A DNA stretch of 64,000 bases from Bacillus subtilis subsp. subtilis str. 168 (GTDB taxonomy: Bacteria; Bacillota; Bacilli; Bacillales; Bacillaceae): NCBI RefSeq assembly GCF_000009045.1, contig NC_000964.3, positions 3,534,001 through 3,598,000 on the forward strand, in the 5' to 3' direction. The translations under genes were made by a program, and so were the position numbers. Below the pieces are notes generated by a model. It saw only the letters and a program-made list of their open reading frames with translations. It did not search any database and had not been told where the DNA came from. This document shows, piece after piece, positions 34,527 to 46,052 of the stretch. How positions within the stretch are numbered: position 1 is the first letter of the stretch; every line of letters starts with the position of its first letter.

Positions 34527-35291
34527 TTACAAAAAATGAGTATTTAATTTCTCTTCAAATCCTGAAGGGCCGATGTCGCTTTTTTGAATGTTACCGCCGT
34601 TTTCATAAATCGTAAAATGGCGCTCTGACATGACCATCCTTCCGCTCGGCGTCAGCTTTGAGGCAAGCAGGGATTTGTTAAAAGGAGATTTTTCATGAGA
34701 GTGAATGATGTCCTTCATGTTATCTAAATCACCGAGATCACTCTCTTCAAGGGTAAAGGCGTACCCAATTTGCCAGCCTTCTCCTTTGTCCATCAGCAGA
34801 ACATAGCTGCCCTTTTCTGTCTCTTCCTTTTTGATTCGGAATGACCCGACTGGTGACTGTACCGTTTCTCCGGAAAGCGGTATCGGCTGGAGCGCCAGGT
34901 TGATGCCGAAGCCGATATCAACGAGGTAATCGCCGTTTTCCGCAGACAGCCATACAGCAGCATGCGTCCCTTCTAGTGCCCATCCCTCTTGATCGCCTGC
35001 ATAAACCGTTCCTCGAATGAGCTTCACATGAAACCCGGCCTCACGCAAGACAAAATAAAGGAAACCATTTAGATCGTAGCATAGGCCGCCGTGCTGATCT
35101 TTGAGCAGACGTCGCCATAGCTCTTCTTTTGTGATCTTATAATTCTCTTTTGCAAGTACGGCACGGTTTTCGAATGGAAAACGGTATGCCATTGCTTTAA
35201 GAAAAAGGGGAAGATCGCCGAAGCTGACATGGTCTTTCTCCCAGCCGATTTTCTGAAAGCAGTCTTTTAGAAAGTCACTCATTTTTATCAC
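34527..35291 (-). CDS. yvcN: Arylamine N-acetyltransferase family protein
   Basis: PFEN, GGLCY, GTH and VDIGFG (Cys-His-Asp triad). Confidence 0.9.
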   Translation of the reverse strand: MIKMSDFLKDCFQKIGWEKDHVSFGDLPLFLKAMAYRFPFENRAVLAKENYKITKEELWRRLLKDQHGGLCYDLNGFLYFVLREAGFHVKLIRGTVYAGDQEGWALEGTHAAVWLSAENGDYLVDIGFGINLALQPIPLSGETVQSPVGSFRIKKEETEKGSYVLLMDKGEGWQIGYAFTLEESDLGDLDNMKDIIHSHEKSPFNKSLLASKLTPSGRMVMSERHFTIYENGGNIQKSDIGPSGFEEKLNTHFL

Positions 35292-35549
35292 CTAAACTTC
35301 TTCTTGAACGTAAGCAGCCAGCTTCTCCAGCGCCTCTTGTTCATCTTCTCCCTGGGCAATCAAGGTAACCTCAGTGCCTGTGCTTACCGCAAGGCTCATC
35401 AGCCCCATGATGCTTTTGGCGTTTACTTTTTTCCCATCCTTCTCAAGAAACACATCTGACGTAAACCGGTTTGCTTCTTGTACAAACAAAGCAGCAGGAC
35501 GTGCTTGCAGTCCTGTCTTTAATCGAACTTCCACTTTCTGTTGAACCAT
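35292..35549 (-). CDS. crh: HPr-like protein Crh
   Basis: GLQARPA (Gln in place of His15) and NAKSIMGLM (Ser46); 85 aa. Confidence 0.97.
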   Translation of the reverse strand: MVQQKVEVRLKTGLQARPAALFVQEANRFTSDVFLEKDGKKVNAKSIMGLMSLAVSTGTEVTLIAQGEDEQEALEKLAAYVQEEV

Positions 35550-35572
35550 AAGATCTCCCCTTTTCTTTACGG

Positions 35573-36523
35573 TTATTTTAAAGTGACGGTTTGCCCTGTC
35601 CGCAGCTGTTCTGCGATTTCGTCAAGTTTTCTCAGCCTGTGATTGATCCCTGATTTGCTGATTTTCCCGCTTGCTACCATTTCCCCTAGCTCTTTCAGCG
35701 TCACTTCCTGATAATCAATCCGCAGCTGCGCAATTTCCCGAAGTTTTTCAGGCAGCGCCTCCAGGCCGATTCTTTCATCGATGTATTTAATATTTTCCAC
35801 CTGTCTCAGCGATGCGCCGATCGTTTTGTTTAAGTTGGCTGTTTCACAATTGACGAGGCGGTTGACCGAATTTCTCATGTCCCGAACGATTCTGACATCC
35901 TCAAATCGCAGAAGCGAATTGTGAGCGCCAATTACGTTCAGAAACTCTGTAATCTTTTCAGCCTCTTTTAAATAGGTAATATAGCCTTTTTTCCGTTCAA
36001 GCGTTTTGCTGTTTAACTGAAACTCATTTAACAGGTCACATAATGAATCGTTATGCTCCTTATAAAGAGAGAAGATTTCTAAATGATACGAGGAGGTTTC
36101 CGGGTTATTGACCGAACCTCCTGCCAAAAATGCTCCTCTCATATAAGAACGCTTGCAGCATCTCTTTTTGACCAGCTCTTTCGAAATACTTCGTTCAAAC
36201 ACAAAATTCTCCCCGAGTATTTTTAAATCCTCTAAGATCGCTTTTGCATTTTCTGAAAAACGCACAATATAGACGTTATTCTTTTTCAGCCGCATTTTCT
36301 TTCTGACCAGCAGCTCGACCGACACATCATATTGTTTTTTCAGCAATGTATAGATGCGGCGGGCAATCGCCGCGTTTTCGGTTTGAACATCGAGTACGAG
36401 ATGGCGGTTTGTAAATGATAAAGCTCCATTCATCCGAATGAGTGCAGACAGCTCGGCATTAATGCAGCAGTCCTTCACTTCCAGATTCGTTAATTCTTTT
36501 TTTGTTTCTGATGCAAATGACAT
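35573..36523 (-). CDS. whiA: WhiA-family DNA-binding protein
   Basis: [27 protein letters not shown] and [11 protein letters not shown] (yvcL). Confidence 0.95.
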   Translation of the reverse strand: MSFASETKKELTNLEVKDCCINAELSALIRMNGALSFTNRHLVLDVQTENAAIARRIYTLLKKQYDVSVELLVRKKMRLKKNNVYIVRFSENAKAILEDLKILGENFVFERSISKELVKKRCCKRSYMRGAFLAGGSVNNPETSSYHLEIFSLYKEHNDSLCDLLNEFQLNSKTLERKKGYITYLKEAEKITEFLNVIGAHNSLLRFEDVRIVRDMRNSVNRLVNCETANLNKTIGASLRQVENIKYIDERIGLEALPEKLREIAQLRIDYQEVTLKELGEMVASGKISKSGINHRLRKLDEIAEQLRTGQTVTLK

Positions 36524-36545
36524 ATAGCCACCTCATTTCAAGGCT

Positions 36546-37499
36546 TCATTCTTTCAGTAAATCAACAAGAAGAGAGGCCACTTTATGTGTATCGTGACGT
36601 ATTACGTCATTTTTATACGTTACAATTTGATCTCTGATGACTTCAAGCCCCATCGCTTTCAGCTCTTCGATATCAAAATCAACAGGACGCGCCGATTCCA
36701 TTTCGTACTTACGTTTTATTTCGTCGGGAATGTCTTCACTGTTCACTAATATCGTATCAATAAAACCACAGCCCATATGCTGATTGAGCGCTTTCACATG
36801 ATCAGCAGCGGTGTAATGGAGCGTTTCGCCGGGCTGAGTCATCACGTTGCAAATGTATACTTTTTTCGCCGGCGCCTTTATCACTTCTTCCCCGATTTTT
36901 GGGACGAGCAAATTGGGAAGAATGCTGGTATAGAGGCTTCCCGGGCCGATAATAATCAAATCCGCTTCCCTGATTACGTCTATTGTTTCCGGCAGCGGAT
37001 CAATCTGTTCAGGCGTGAGAAAAACACGCTTAATGCGCTGTCCGTATTCTGGGATCGTTGACTCGCCTGAGACCACGCGGCCATCTTCCATCTCAGCATG
37101 CAAAACGACACTGGCATTGGCAGCCGGCAAAACCTTTCCTCTTACATTCAGCACCTTGCTCATTTCTGTGACAGCGTGAAAAAAATCACCGGTTATATTT
37201 GTCATCGCTGCCAAAATCAAATTCCCGAGAGAATGGCCTGTTAAGTCATTCCCTTTATTGAAGCGGTGCTGAAAAAGATCTTCAACAAGCGGCTCCACAT
37301 CGGATAAAGCGGCAAGCACATTTCTGATGTCTCCGGGAGGCGGAATTTTCAGTTCATTCCGCAGACGGCCAGAGCTCCCCCCATCATCGGCAACTGTTAC
37401 AATGGCCGTGATGTCAACGGGTTTATGCTTTAGGCCCCGAAGCAATACAGAAAGACCTGTACCGCCGCCAAAGATTGCGATTTTCGGCTTTTGTCCCAT
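36546..37499 (-). CDS. yvcK: Gluconeogenesis/cell-wall factor (CofD-related UPF0052; GlmR/MgfK)
   Basis: GGGTGL, DDGGSSG, PPGDIRN and GPGSLYTS; 317 aa. Confidence 0.94.
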   Translation of the reverse strand: MGQKPKIAIFGGGTGLSVLLRGLKHKPVDITAIVTVADDGGSSGRLRNELKIPPPGDIRNVLAALSDVEPLVEDLFQHRFNKGNDLTGHSLGNLILAAMTNITGDFFHAVTEMSKVLNVRGKVLPAANASVVLHAEMEDGRVVSGESTIPEYGQRIKRVFLTPEQIDPLPETIDVIREADLIIIGPGSLYTSILPNLLVPKIGEEVIKAPAKKVYICNVMTQPGETLHYTAADHVKALNQHMGCGFIDTILVNSEDIPDEIKRKYEMESARPVDFDIEELKAMGLEVIRDQIVTYKNDVIRHDTHKVASLLVDLLKE

Positions 37500-37500
37500 C

Positions 37501-38388
37501 TTATTTCCGGCTTCTCTTTTCAATGTCCCGGTGAGTAACATGAGTATAGTAATCCTTTTTGAAATAATCAGCTAAATTCTCGGCTAATGTCACAGAGCGG
37601 TGCTGGCCCCCTGTGCAGCCGATCGCAATGACAACCTGGCTTTTTCCTTCTCTTTTGTAAGATGGAAGCATAAAGCTCAGCAGATCAATTAATTTCTCAT
37701 TGAACTTTTGCGTTTCATTCCACTTCATGACGTAAGAGGAAACCTCTTTATCCTTGCCAGTCAGCGGCCGCATGCTTTCGATATAGTACGGATTCGGCAA
37801 AAATCTGACATCAAAGACGAGATCTGCATCAATTGGAATACCGTATTTAAAACCAAATGACATCACATTTACGGTAAATGTCTCTCCTTGGTTTGTCGCA
37901 AAGTGCTTCACGATTTTTTCACGCAAATCACGCGGCTTCATGTCAGACGTATCGTAAATGATTTGAGAGCGGCCTTTTAATTCCTCAAGCAGCTCTCGTT
38001 CTAGCGCGATGCCTTCAAGCGGCAGGCCAGTCGCTGCCAGCGGATGCGAGCGTCTCGTTTCTTTATATCTTGTGACGAGAATGGAATCCTTCGCGTCCAG
38101 GAATAAAATTCGCGGTGTGATCCACGGATTTTCGGCCATTTCATCCAGCGCTTCAATCAGCCGGTCAAAAAATTCGCGGCCGCGCAAATCCATCACGAGC
38201 GCAACTTTGCTCATTTTCGAATTTGATTCCTTCATCAGCTCTAAAAACTTCGGAAGCAATGAAGGCGGAAGATTATCGACGCAGAAATAGCCGAGATCTT
38301 CAAAGCTTTGGATCGCGACAGTTTTCCCCGCTCCCGACATTCCAGTTATAATGACAAGCTGAATATCATGTGATTCACTAACACTCAT
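37501..38388 (-). CDS. yvcJ: RapZ-like P-loop nucleotide-binding protein
   Basis: [21 protein letters not shown] and [10 protein letters not shown]. Confidence 0.94.
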   Translation of the reverse strand: MSVSESHDIQLVIITGMSGAGKTVAIQSFEDLGYFCVDNLPPSLLPKFLELMKESNSKMSKVALVMDLRGREFFDRLIEALDEMAENPWITPRILFLDAKDSILVTRYKETRRSHPLAATGLPLEGIALERELLEELKGRSQIIYDTSDMKPRDLREKIVKHFATNQGETFTVNVMSFGFKYGIPIDADLVFDVRFLPNPYYIESMRPLTGKDKEVSSYVMKWNETQKFNEKLIDLLSFMLPSYKREGKSQVVIAIGCTGGQHRSVTLAENLADYFKKDYYTHVTHRDIEKRSRK

Positions 38389-38412
38389 CTTTCTCCCCCC
38401 TGACTTGTCTTT

Positions 38413-38889
38413 CTATTTGATGTGCTGCGGGTCTAAACGATAACTGAGCAGCTCAAATTCCGGTGTATACGTAAATGTGCCGTGCAGCAGCCCTTGTCCC
38501 TTCATCATAAAATCAAGGATATGGCCGTCTCCAGGGGCCATAGGCAGGTTCTGAATGTCATTGACATCGTGCCACTGCAGTTTGCCTTCCTCTGATTCTG
38601 ATACATTTTGTCCTGTATATGAATCAGCGACAAACGTAAACATCATCCACTCGGAGACAATGTGGTCACCGTCTTTAATAATAAAGGTAAAAACGCCTTT
38701 TAATTGAGGATTTATGATATAGATACCAGTCTCTTCTCTGTACTCTCTGATGACGGAGTCTCTGACTGATTCTCCGCTCTCCATCTTGCCTCCCGGCGCG
38801 ACCCACCATCCGCGTCTCGGCTTTTGAAGCAGAAGAACTTTGTCATCCGTCTGAAGCACACAATTTGTCACTCTTTGCAAGTACGTCAC
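38413..38889 (-). CDS. yvcI: Nudix hydrolase
   Basis: Nudix box PGGKMESGESVRDSVIREYREETG. Confidence 0.92.
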   Translation of the reverse strand: MTYLQRVTNCVLQTDDKVLLLQKPRRGWWVAPGGKMESGESVRDSVIREYREETGIYIINPQLKGVFTFIIKDGDHIVSEWMMFTFVADSYTGQNVSESEEGKLQWHDVNDIQNLPMAPGDGHILDFMMKGQGLLHGTFTYTPEFELLSYRLDPQHIK

Positions 38890-38917
38890 CTAACCTTCGT
38901 CCTGTCATCGTCTCTTT

Positions 38918-38946
38918 ATTATACCGCTTCAAGATGCCTCCCACAA
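38918..38946 (-). promoter_or_regulatory. SigA promoter of the yvcI operon
   Basis: TTGTGG-N17-TATAAT. Confidence 0.65.
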
Positions 38947-39044
38947 TGAAGAGACATTGACAATCTTTTCTTCTATTTTACAGCATATTCATTCCTTAAT
39001 TCAGATGATTTTGCTGTAACTGGAATTCTCTTTTATTTATGGAC

Positions 39045-39085
39045 AAAAAAAGGACACGGATAACTGGAGAATCCGTGCCAAAAAA
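39045..39085 (-). terminator. Terminator downstream of trxB
   Basis: GGCACGGAT...ATCCGTGTCC-TTTTTTT on the minus strand. Confidence 0.75.
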
Positions 39086-39206
39086 GTGTATTCATTATAA
39101 AAAGGGGGTCAATTACTTTATTAATCATAACCGAAAAGCATTACACATGTGTTACAGCGGAATTAAAACCCAGTAACGTAATGTGAAACTCGTATGACAG
39201 CCCTTT

Positions 39207-40169
<963 letters not shown>

Positions 40170-40241
40170 TTAAACCATCTTTTCAAGTTTGGGCTCTTTC
40201 TTATAAGATAAGAATCCCCATCAAACGTATTCCTTACCCAT

Positions 40242-40280
40242 ATCCTATAAAATCTCATGGTGATACGCTATTTTTTTGCT
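40242..40280 (-). promoter_or_regulatory. Spx-activated SigA promoter of trxB
   Basis: AGCA element followed by TAGCGT-N17-TAGGAT. Confidence 0.72.
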
Positions 40281-40324
40281 CAACACGATTAAATGTATTC
40301 GAAAAGGGTATATGTTAATAAAGA

Positions 40325-40352
40325 AAGAGCCTTCTGTTTATAGAAGGCCCTT
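40325..40352 (-). terminator. Terminator after cwlO
   Basis: AAGGGCCTTCT-ATAAAC-AGAAGGCTCTT-TCTT. Confidence 0.7.
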
Positions 40353-40362
40353 GTCATATTTA

Positions 40363-41784
40363 TTATTGAACAACACGTCTTACAACACCTTTAAATGCTG
40401 CTTTCCAGTAAGGATTGCTCATAGAGTCAACAGATACGCCATGAGATGTATTGTCGTTTAGGAAAGTACCGTTTCCTAAGTAGATTCCTACGTGTCCATT
40501 TGTTTTGTAAGTGTCAAAGAACACAAGGTCTCCGCGTTTCATTTCAGACGCGCTGACAGCTTGTCCTCTGCCAACTAACGTATCAGTTGTTGTTCCGCCT
40601 ACAGGTCCAAGGTTAACACCTGCAGAAGCGTATGCCCAGCGTACGAATGATGAGCAGTCAAAAATACGGTTGTTGATATCAGACTGAGTGCGTCCGCCGC
40701 CAAACTTGTACGGAGATTGTCCTACAATGCTTGAACCAACGCTGATCGCGCCTTCAATTCCGCCAGAGTTGCTGATAACAGTGCCGCCTGAATTGCTGTT
40801 TGAGCCGCTGCTCTTCTTAGAAGATGAGCCGTTTGACGAACTGTTTGATGAACCGTTAGAAGAATTGTCTGAAGAATTGTCTGAAGAATCATCAGATGAG
40901 CTTGCTTTTGATGATTCAGTTGTCGCCGTTTGACTGTCATCTGTTTGTGTTTCATCAGATGCTTTTTGTGCTTCTTCCTGCTTTTTGATCAAAGCAGCCG
41001 CTGCTTCTTGTTCTTTTTTGATGCGTGCTTGTTCAGCTTCAGTATTTGCTTTTTGATTTGCAAGTTCAGACGCCTCTGATTTTAATTCAGAAATCGCTTT
41101 AGCCGTTTTCTTTTGGCTTGCTTTTGCTTCGTCGAAAAGCTTGTCTTTTTCATTAAGCTGTTTATCAAGGTCTTTTTGCATTGTTTCTAATTTAGCCAAG
41201 GCAGCTTGAACTTCTTTCAGCTTGTCATTCAAATCCGCTTCAGAATCTTCGAGCTTCGCTTTATCCTGCTCTTGCTGTTTGATTAAATCTTTGTCTGCGT
41301 CCACAATAGATGAAACCGCAGTCGCACGAGAGATAAAGTCACCAAAGCTTGTTGATCCTAAAAGAACATCTATGTATCCTTGAGATCCGCCGCTTTCCTG
41401 TAAAGAACGAACGCGTTTTTTCAGGATTTCATTGCGTTTTTCGATGCGTGCTTCAGTTTCTTTAATCTCTTTTTTCAGTTTTTTGATTTCTTCTTTTGTT
41501 TTATCGTTTTCTTCTTTTTTATCTTCAATCTTGTTGCTTGTATCAAGCGCCTTATCGTTAATGTCTTTCAGTTCTTTTTCAATCTTTGATTGATTTTCCT
41601 GAAGCTCGGTTAATTCTTTTTCCTTCGCTTCAATGCTGGAAGCAACCTCAGATTGCTTGCTTTCGATTTTTTGTTTCTTTTCATCTAATGTTTCCGCCGA
41701 TGCAGTTTTACTTGTAAATGGGATCAAAAAACTGCTTGTCCCGATGACGGAAGCCAAACCAAGTGTAATTAAACTCTTTCTCAC
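40363..41784 (-). CDS. cwlO: D,L-endopeptidase autolysin (coiled coil + NlpC/P60)
   Basis: Signal peptide, long coiled coil, Ser-rich linker, FDCSSF and GHVGIY. Confidence 0.96.
40859..40889 (+). repeat. Short 12-bp tandem repeat encoding the Ser/Asp/Asn linker of CwlO
   Basis: (GAAGAATTGTCT)x2 plus a partial third copy. Confidence 0.7.
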
Positions 41785-41978
41785 TTTTTATATCCTCCCT
41801 TTTACTGTGAACCTGTCCTCATTTGGAATCGTATTTTGAACATCAAGTTTCGTTCCTCATACTCTACGAGGAATGATGGTTGTTTATGGTTAATTATTCT
41901 GTGCATCTCTTATTCTGGTTGTATAGCGTTTATTTCACATCATATGTAAAAAACACTAATTCCTTATGTACGAGAATC

Positions 41979-42034
41979 ATTATACCATCAAGTTTCGACA
42001 AATTAGCGATAAATTTTATTACATTTATGTTTCA
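41979..42034 (-). promoter_or_regulatory. WalR box plus extended -10 promoter of cwlO (long ~190-nt leader)
   Basis: TGAAAC-ATAAA-TGTAAT at 42018-42034; TGgTATAAT at 41979-41987. Confidence 0.8.
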
Positions 42035-42123
42035 AACAGATGTCAAGTCACACATCATTTGTCATTTTTCTTAAGCGTGTAAAAAAACTGTCGATATTAT
42101 TTTCTTAATATAATCTATCTAAC

Positions 42124-42156
42124 AAAAAAAGAGTCGATTAAATAAATCAACTCTTT
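42124..42156 (-). terminator. Terminator after yvcD
   Basis: AAAGAGTTGATT-TATTT-AATCGACTCTTTTTTT. Confidence 0.82.
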
Positions 42157-42164
42157 AAAATTTA

Positions 42165-43619
42165 CTATTCTAGAATATCATCAATATATTTCATATATTT
42201 CGTCAAAGTTGCCGGAGAGATGCCGAATCGGGCCGCTGTGTCTTTTTTCGTGTCTTGCTTGCCATGGGCTTCTTTCCAAATATAACAGATGGCTGCTGCC
42301 CAGCCTTTCTCATTCTTCAACGGAGCAGCTGCACGAATTTGCTGGATGACATGAAAAACCCAGCAGCTCATGACTTCTGTTTTCATCTCTTCTTTTTCAG
42401 CTTGCTCTAATAGTTTGACCGTTTGATAAGCGAAAAGTGCATCCTCTGAAACGTCAGCAGCCGCAGAATCTCCATTCAGAAGCAGCTTTACAAAATGAGT
42501 TTCAAAAGGAGCGGTAATTCTCTTTGAGCGTATCACCGCTTCAAGATGCTCTGTTTCTCCCTTTGTGCTGCTGATATAATAGGCTGCGAGTCGCTGCTCC
42601 ACAGATGAAGGAAGAGCTTCCCTCCGCTCAATCCAAGGCGCCGGGCGGTCTTCGCCGGGATATTGCGACTCGACTTTTCTCCAGATCGTCTCGGCAAAGT
42701 CGGTATGTCCCGTAAAATAAGCAGAGCAGGAAAGCCAGTAAAAGAAGGTGTCGTCACCCTCAAAGCCGGTTTTATATAATGATTTGAGCCATTTATATCC
42801 GATCTCGTAGCGGCCGACAAGCGCCAAAGTAGCACCCAATTTATAACGCTGCTCCAATAGCATCGGATAGACATTGGAGAGCTGATCACTCAATTCCGCC
42901 ACTTTTTCGTCTTCTCTTTCATAATAGTAGAAAACGAGAAGATTGCATAAGGCGTGAAGATTTCCTTCATTATGAGAAAGCACTTCATAAGCGGTTTGCT
43001 TCGCTTTTACAACGTTTCCTGAATAGAAATAGGCAAGCGCGAGATTGTTGTATGCTGACCAAAGCTCCGGATATTCAGTTGTGATTTCCTCAAGCGCCGC
43101 AACCGCTTCAGCAAGCTGGCCGCTTTCCAGCAATGACTTTGCCCGATCCTGTTTCACCAGCAGTTCATCCTGATCATACAACGAATCCTCAATGCCGTCG
43201 TCTCCTAAATCGAGCAAATCAAGCAGACTATCGTTTTCTTCGGCGAATTCACCATCCGGGTCCGCATCAGAATAAGCGGCCGCTTCTTTATAAGCTTCCT
43301 GGAAGAGCCCCAGATGGGCAAAGTTATTCGCTTTAAAGTAATGGCACTCCGGCATTTCGGCCTCCAGATTTGCCATGATATAGTCAAGAAGATCGTTCGA
43401 CTCTTGATACTGGCCCATTTCCGAATAAATGACCGCAAGCTGTGAAAGCATCTCTGAATCCTCCGGCTCCAAATGAACCGCGCGCTGAATCAGTTTGCTT
43501 GCCCGTTTTAGATTGCGCTCTTTATACGCTTTCAAGCCTTTATGAAAAAAATATTGTCCATCTTGAAGCAGCTGGACAATTTGTGCGTGATTTTTATGTT
43601 CAGAAGTGTGTTTTCCCAC
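42165..43619 (-). CDS. yvcD: TPR-repeat protein
   Basis: Repeated TPR helices (e.g. WSAYNNLALAYFYSGN); GTG start after GGAGG. Confidence 0.88.
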   Translation of the reverse strand: MGKHTSEHKNHAQIVQLLQDGQYFFHKGLKAYKERNLKRASKLIQRAVHLEPEDSEMLSQLAVIYSEMGQYQESNDLLDYIMANLEAEMPECHYFKANNFAHLGLFQEAYKEAAAYSDADPDGEFAEENDSLLDLLDLGDDGIEDSLYDQDELLVKQDRAKSLLESGQLAEAVAALEEITTEYPELWSAYNNLALAYFYSGNVVKAKQTAYEVLSHNEGNLHALCNLLVFYYYEREDEKVAELSDQLSNVYPMLLEQRYKLGATLALVGRYEIGYKWLKSLYKTGFEGDDTFFYWLSCSAYFTGHTDFAETIWRKVESQYPGEDRPAPWIERREALPSSVEQRLAAYYISSTKGETEHLEAVIRSKRITAPFETHFVKLLLNGDSAAADVSEDALFAYQTVKLLEQAEKEEMKTEVMSCWVFHVIQQIRAAAPLKNEKGWAAAICYIWKEAHGKQDTKKDTAARFGISPATLTKYMKYIDDILE

Positions 43620-43744
43620 AACTACCCTCCGTTTTATACAATATTACCGTCAGTAGTATACCATAAATCGTAAGCCCCTCAATAGTTCAAAAGGAAGGAT
43701 TGGGAAAATCCCTCCTCTTTTTTATTGGCTGATTCGACCAAAAT

Positions 43745-45514
43745 TTACCCGGCTTTGTTTTCTAAGTCCGCATTCATTTTCAGCTGCTGTTCAGCAAAAT
43801 CCCGGTAAAGGCCATGGGAAGCCATTAACTCATGGTGTGTTCCACGACCGGTAATTTCCCCTTTTTCAACAAACAAAAGCTGGTCCGCATCTACAACGGT
43901 AGATAGGCGGTGAGCGATAACAATCGTTGTGCGGCCCTCCATCAGCACCTCCAGCGCCTGCTGAACTGATTTTTCAGATTGGCTGTCGAGACTTGAGGTA
44001 GCTTCATCGAGCATAAGAATGCTTGGGTTACGGAGAAGCGCTCTCGCAATCGCGATTCTTTGCCTTTGTCCGCCTGACAGCATAATGCCGCGTTCGCCCA
44101 CTTCTGTATCAAACTGATTCGGCAGCTCCTTTATAAAATTGAGCGCATATGCCATCTCCGCGGCTTTTTCGATCTCAGCATCCGTCACATCTCGTTCTAA
44201 CCCGTAGCAAATATTTTCTCTGATTGTCCCGGACATTAACGGGCTTTCCTGTGATACATACCCGATATGCTCCCTCCACGATTCAAGCGAGTAAGTATCG
44301 ACCGGCTCGTCCCCCAGCCGAATGGTCCCTGCAGTCGGAGAATAAAAGCGTTCAAGCAGCTTAAACAGCGTCGTTTTTCCCCCGCCGCTCGGACCGACGA
44401 TCGCTGTCACTTTCCCTGCTTCAATGACGGCGCTGACCTCTTTTAAGATCAGCTGATCAGGCTTATATCCAAAAGACACGCGATCAAGCTGGATAGGCAG
44501 ATGTGCATTTTCAATTTGTTTTCCTGTCACTGTATCTTCCTCTTCCTCTGCCAAAATCTCAATCATTCGTTCTGTTGCACCGATTGATTTTTGCAGCTGT
44601 GTGAAAAACGTTGTAATCTGGCCCATCGGCATAATAATTTGAAACAAATATAAAATAAAAGCCACGAGCGCTCCGGCTGTGAGCTCGCCTGATGAGACCT
44701 GCATGCCGCCATATCCGATCACTGCGACAAGCGCTGCCATTAACACGAGTGAAATAAGCGGGCCGACAAGCGATTGAACCTTGGCTTCACGAACGCCAAG
44801 CTTAAATAATGAGGAAATCCCCATCTTCCCGCGCCCATATTCGACATCCTCCGCATTTGAAGCCTTAACAAGTCTGATTTCCGGGAGAATTTGATTAAGC
44901 AGGCCTGTAAAACGAGCCGTTTCATCTTGCGTTTCCCGTGAAATGGAGAACATTTTCCGTCCAATCGGCACCAAAATAAGAGCGGCCAGCGGAACGACCA
45001 CTAACACAAGCAGTGTCAGCTTCCAGTTCATAATAAACAAGATTGTCAATGATCCAATGACAGAAATGATGCCTGTAATAAATCCGCTGATATGGGTTGT
45101 AATCAATTCTTTGACCACCATCGTATCGTTCGTTACACGGCTGACTGTTTCTCCGGAAGCATTTGTATCGAAATAAGAGACAGGCAGCTTAATTAATTTC
45201 TTCCATAATAACTCCCGCAGCCCGGAAATGATTTTTTGTCCATTATAGTTAAGCGCATAGGTGGCATAAGCGCTTAAACCCGCCTGAACGAAAAACACCA
45301 GCGCGATCAAACCGATTTGCGTGCCTGACAGATTTGACATAGAAAAACCATCGACAAGCTGCTTCGTTAATAATGGAATGAGCAGGCTGACCAGCGTGGT
45401 TACTACACTGAGGGCAAGCGCAAAGGCGAGCTTTCCATAAGAAGGATTGGTCCGTCTTACTAAGGCAAAAAAGGGTTTCAATTTACTTTTAGATTTTTGT
45501 TTCTTGGTTGGCAT
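43745..45514 (-). CDS. bmrA: Multidrug ABC exporter
   Basis: TMD plus NBD with [16 protein letters not shown] and LDEATSSLD; 589 aa (yvcC). Confidence 0.97.
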
Positions 45515-45638
45515 ATATTTTCCTCCTGTTTCAGCGTTCAGAAAGGTGAAAAGTCATAGCAAAAGGATGATTTTTACTCTTTCTCAATCATATCAATGGA
45601 GAAAGACTTTTTCAGTATATTTTTGCCGTGATCAAAAT

Positions 45639-45675
45639 AAAAATCTCCCACTCATTGTTTGAATAGGAGATTTTT
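45639..45675 (-). terminator. Terminator after yvzA
   Basis: AAAAATCTCCTA...TGGGAGATTTTT-ATTTT. Confidence 0.75.
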
Positions 45676-45678
45676 GTG

Positions 45679-46038
45679 TTAGACATCTTTCACTGGCTTC
45701 TTTTTTCTGTAAGTCAATGTTACATCCTGCTGTCGCAGGTCTTCTATTATCATTTTGTACCGATCAACTTTTGCGGTATGTTCTTCTTTTATCATCTGAA
45801 GGGCAGCTTTTCGTTTTTCGCTATTAGACTCAAGCTCTTTTTTTATTTTTTTTACAATCAACCCTTTTTGCCCTTTGATTTCCTCTTTTAATGAAGACTC
45901 AAATTTCTTTGTCAGGCTGAGAAAGTCGTTGATCGGTTGATTGAGGGTGCCCGCTTTCCCCTTCATTTCATCTTGGGTAAGAAACATATAGGTCGTTGAT
46001 ACAATTTCTGTTTCACTTTCTGAAAATAAGGAAGTCAC
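45679..46038 (-). CDS. yvzA: Small helical protein; candidate WXG100-like secretion partner
   Basis: 119 aa, Lys/Glu-rich heptads around a central GQKG; GTG start 10 nt after GGAGG. Confidence 0.75.
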   Translation of the reverse strand: MTSLFSESETEIVSTTYMFLTQDEMKGKAGTLNQPINDFLSLTKKFESSLKEEIKGQKGLIVKKIKKELESNSEKRKAALQMIKEEHTAKVDRYKMIIEDLRQQDVTLTYRKKKPVKDV

Positions 46039-46052
46039 TCTTCATATTCCTC

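Noticed and set aside
41790-41975. Long structured cwlO 5' leader as a novel riboswitch
   Set aside because: The leader is, from memory, already described as an mRNA-destabilising element, and I see no aptamer or terminator architecture.
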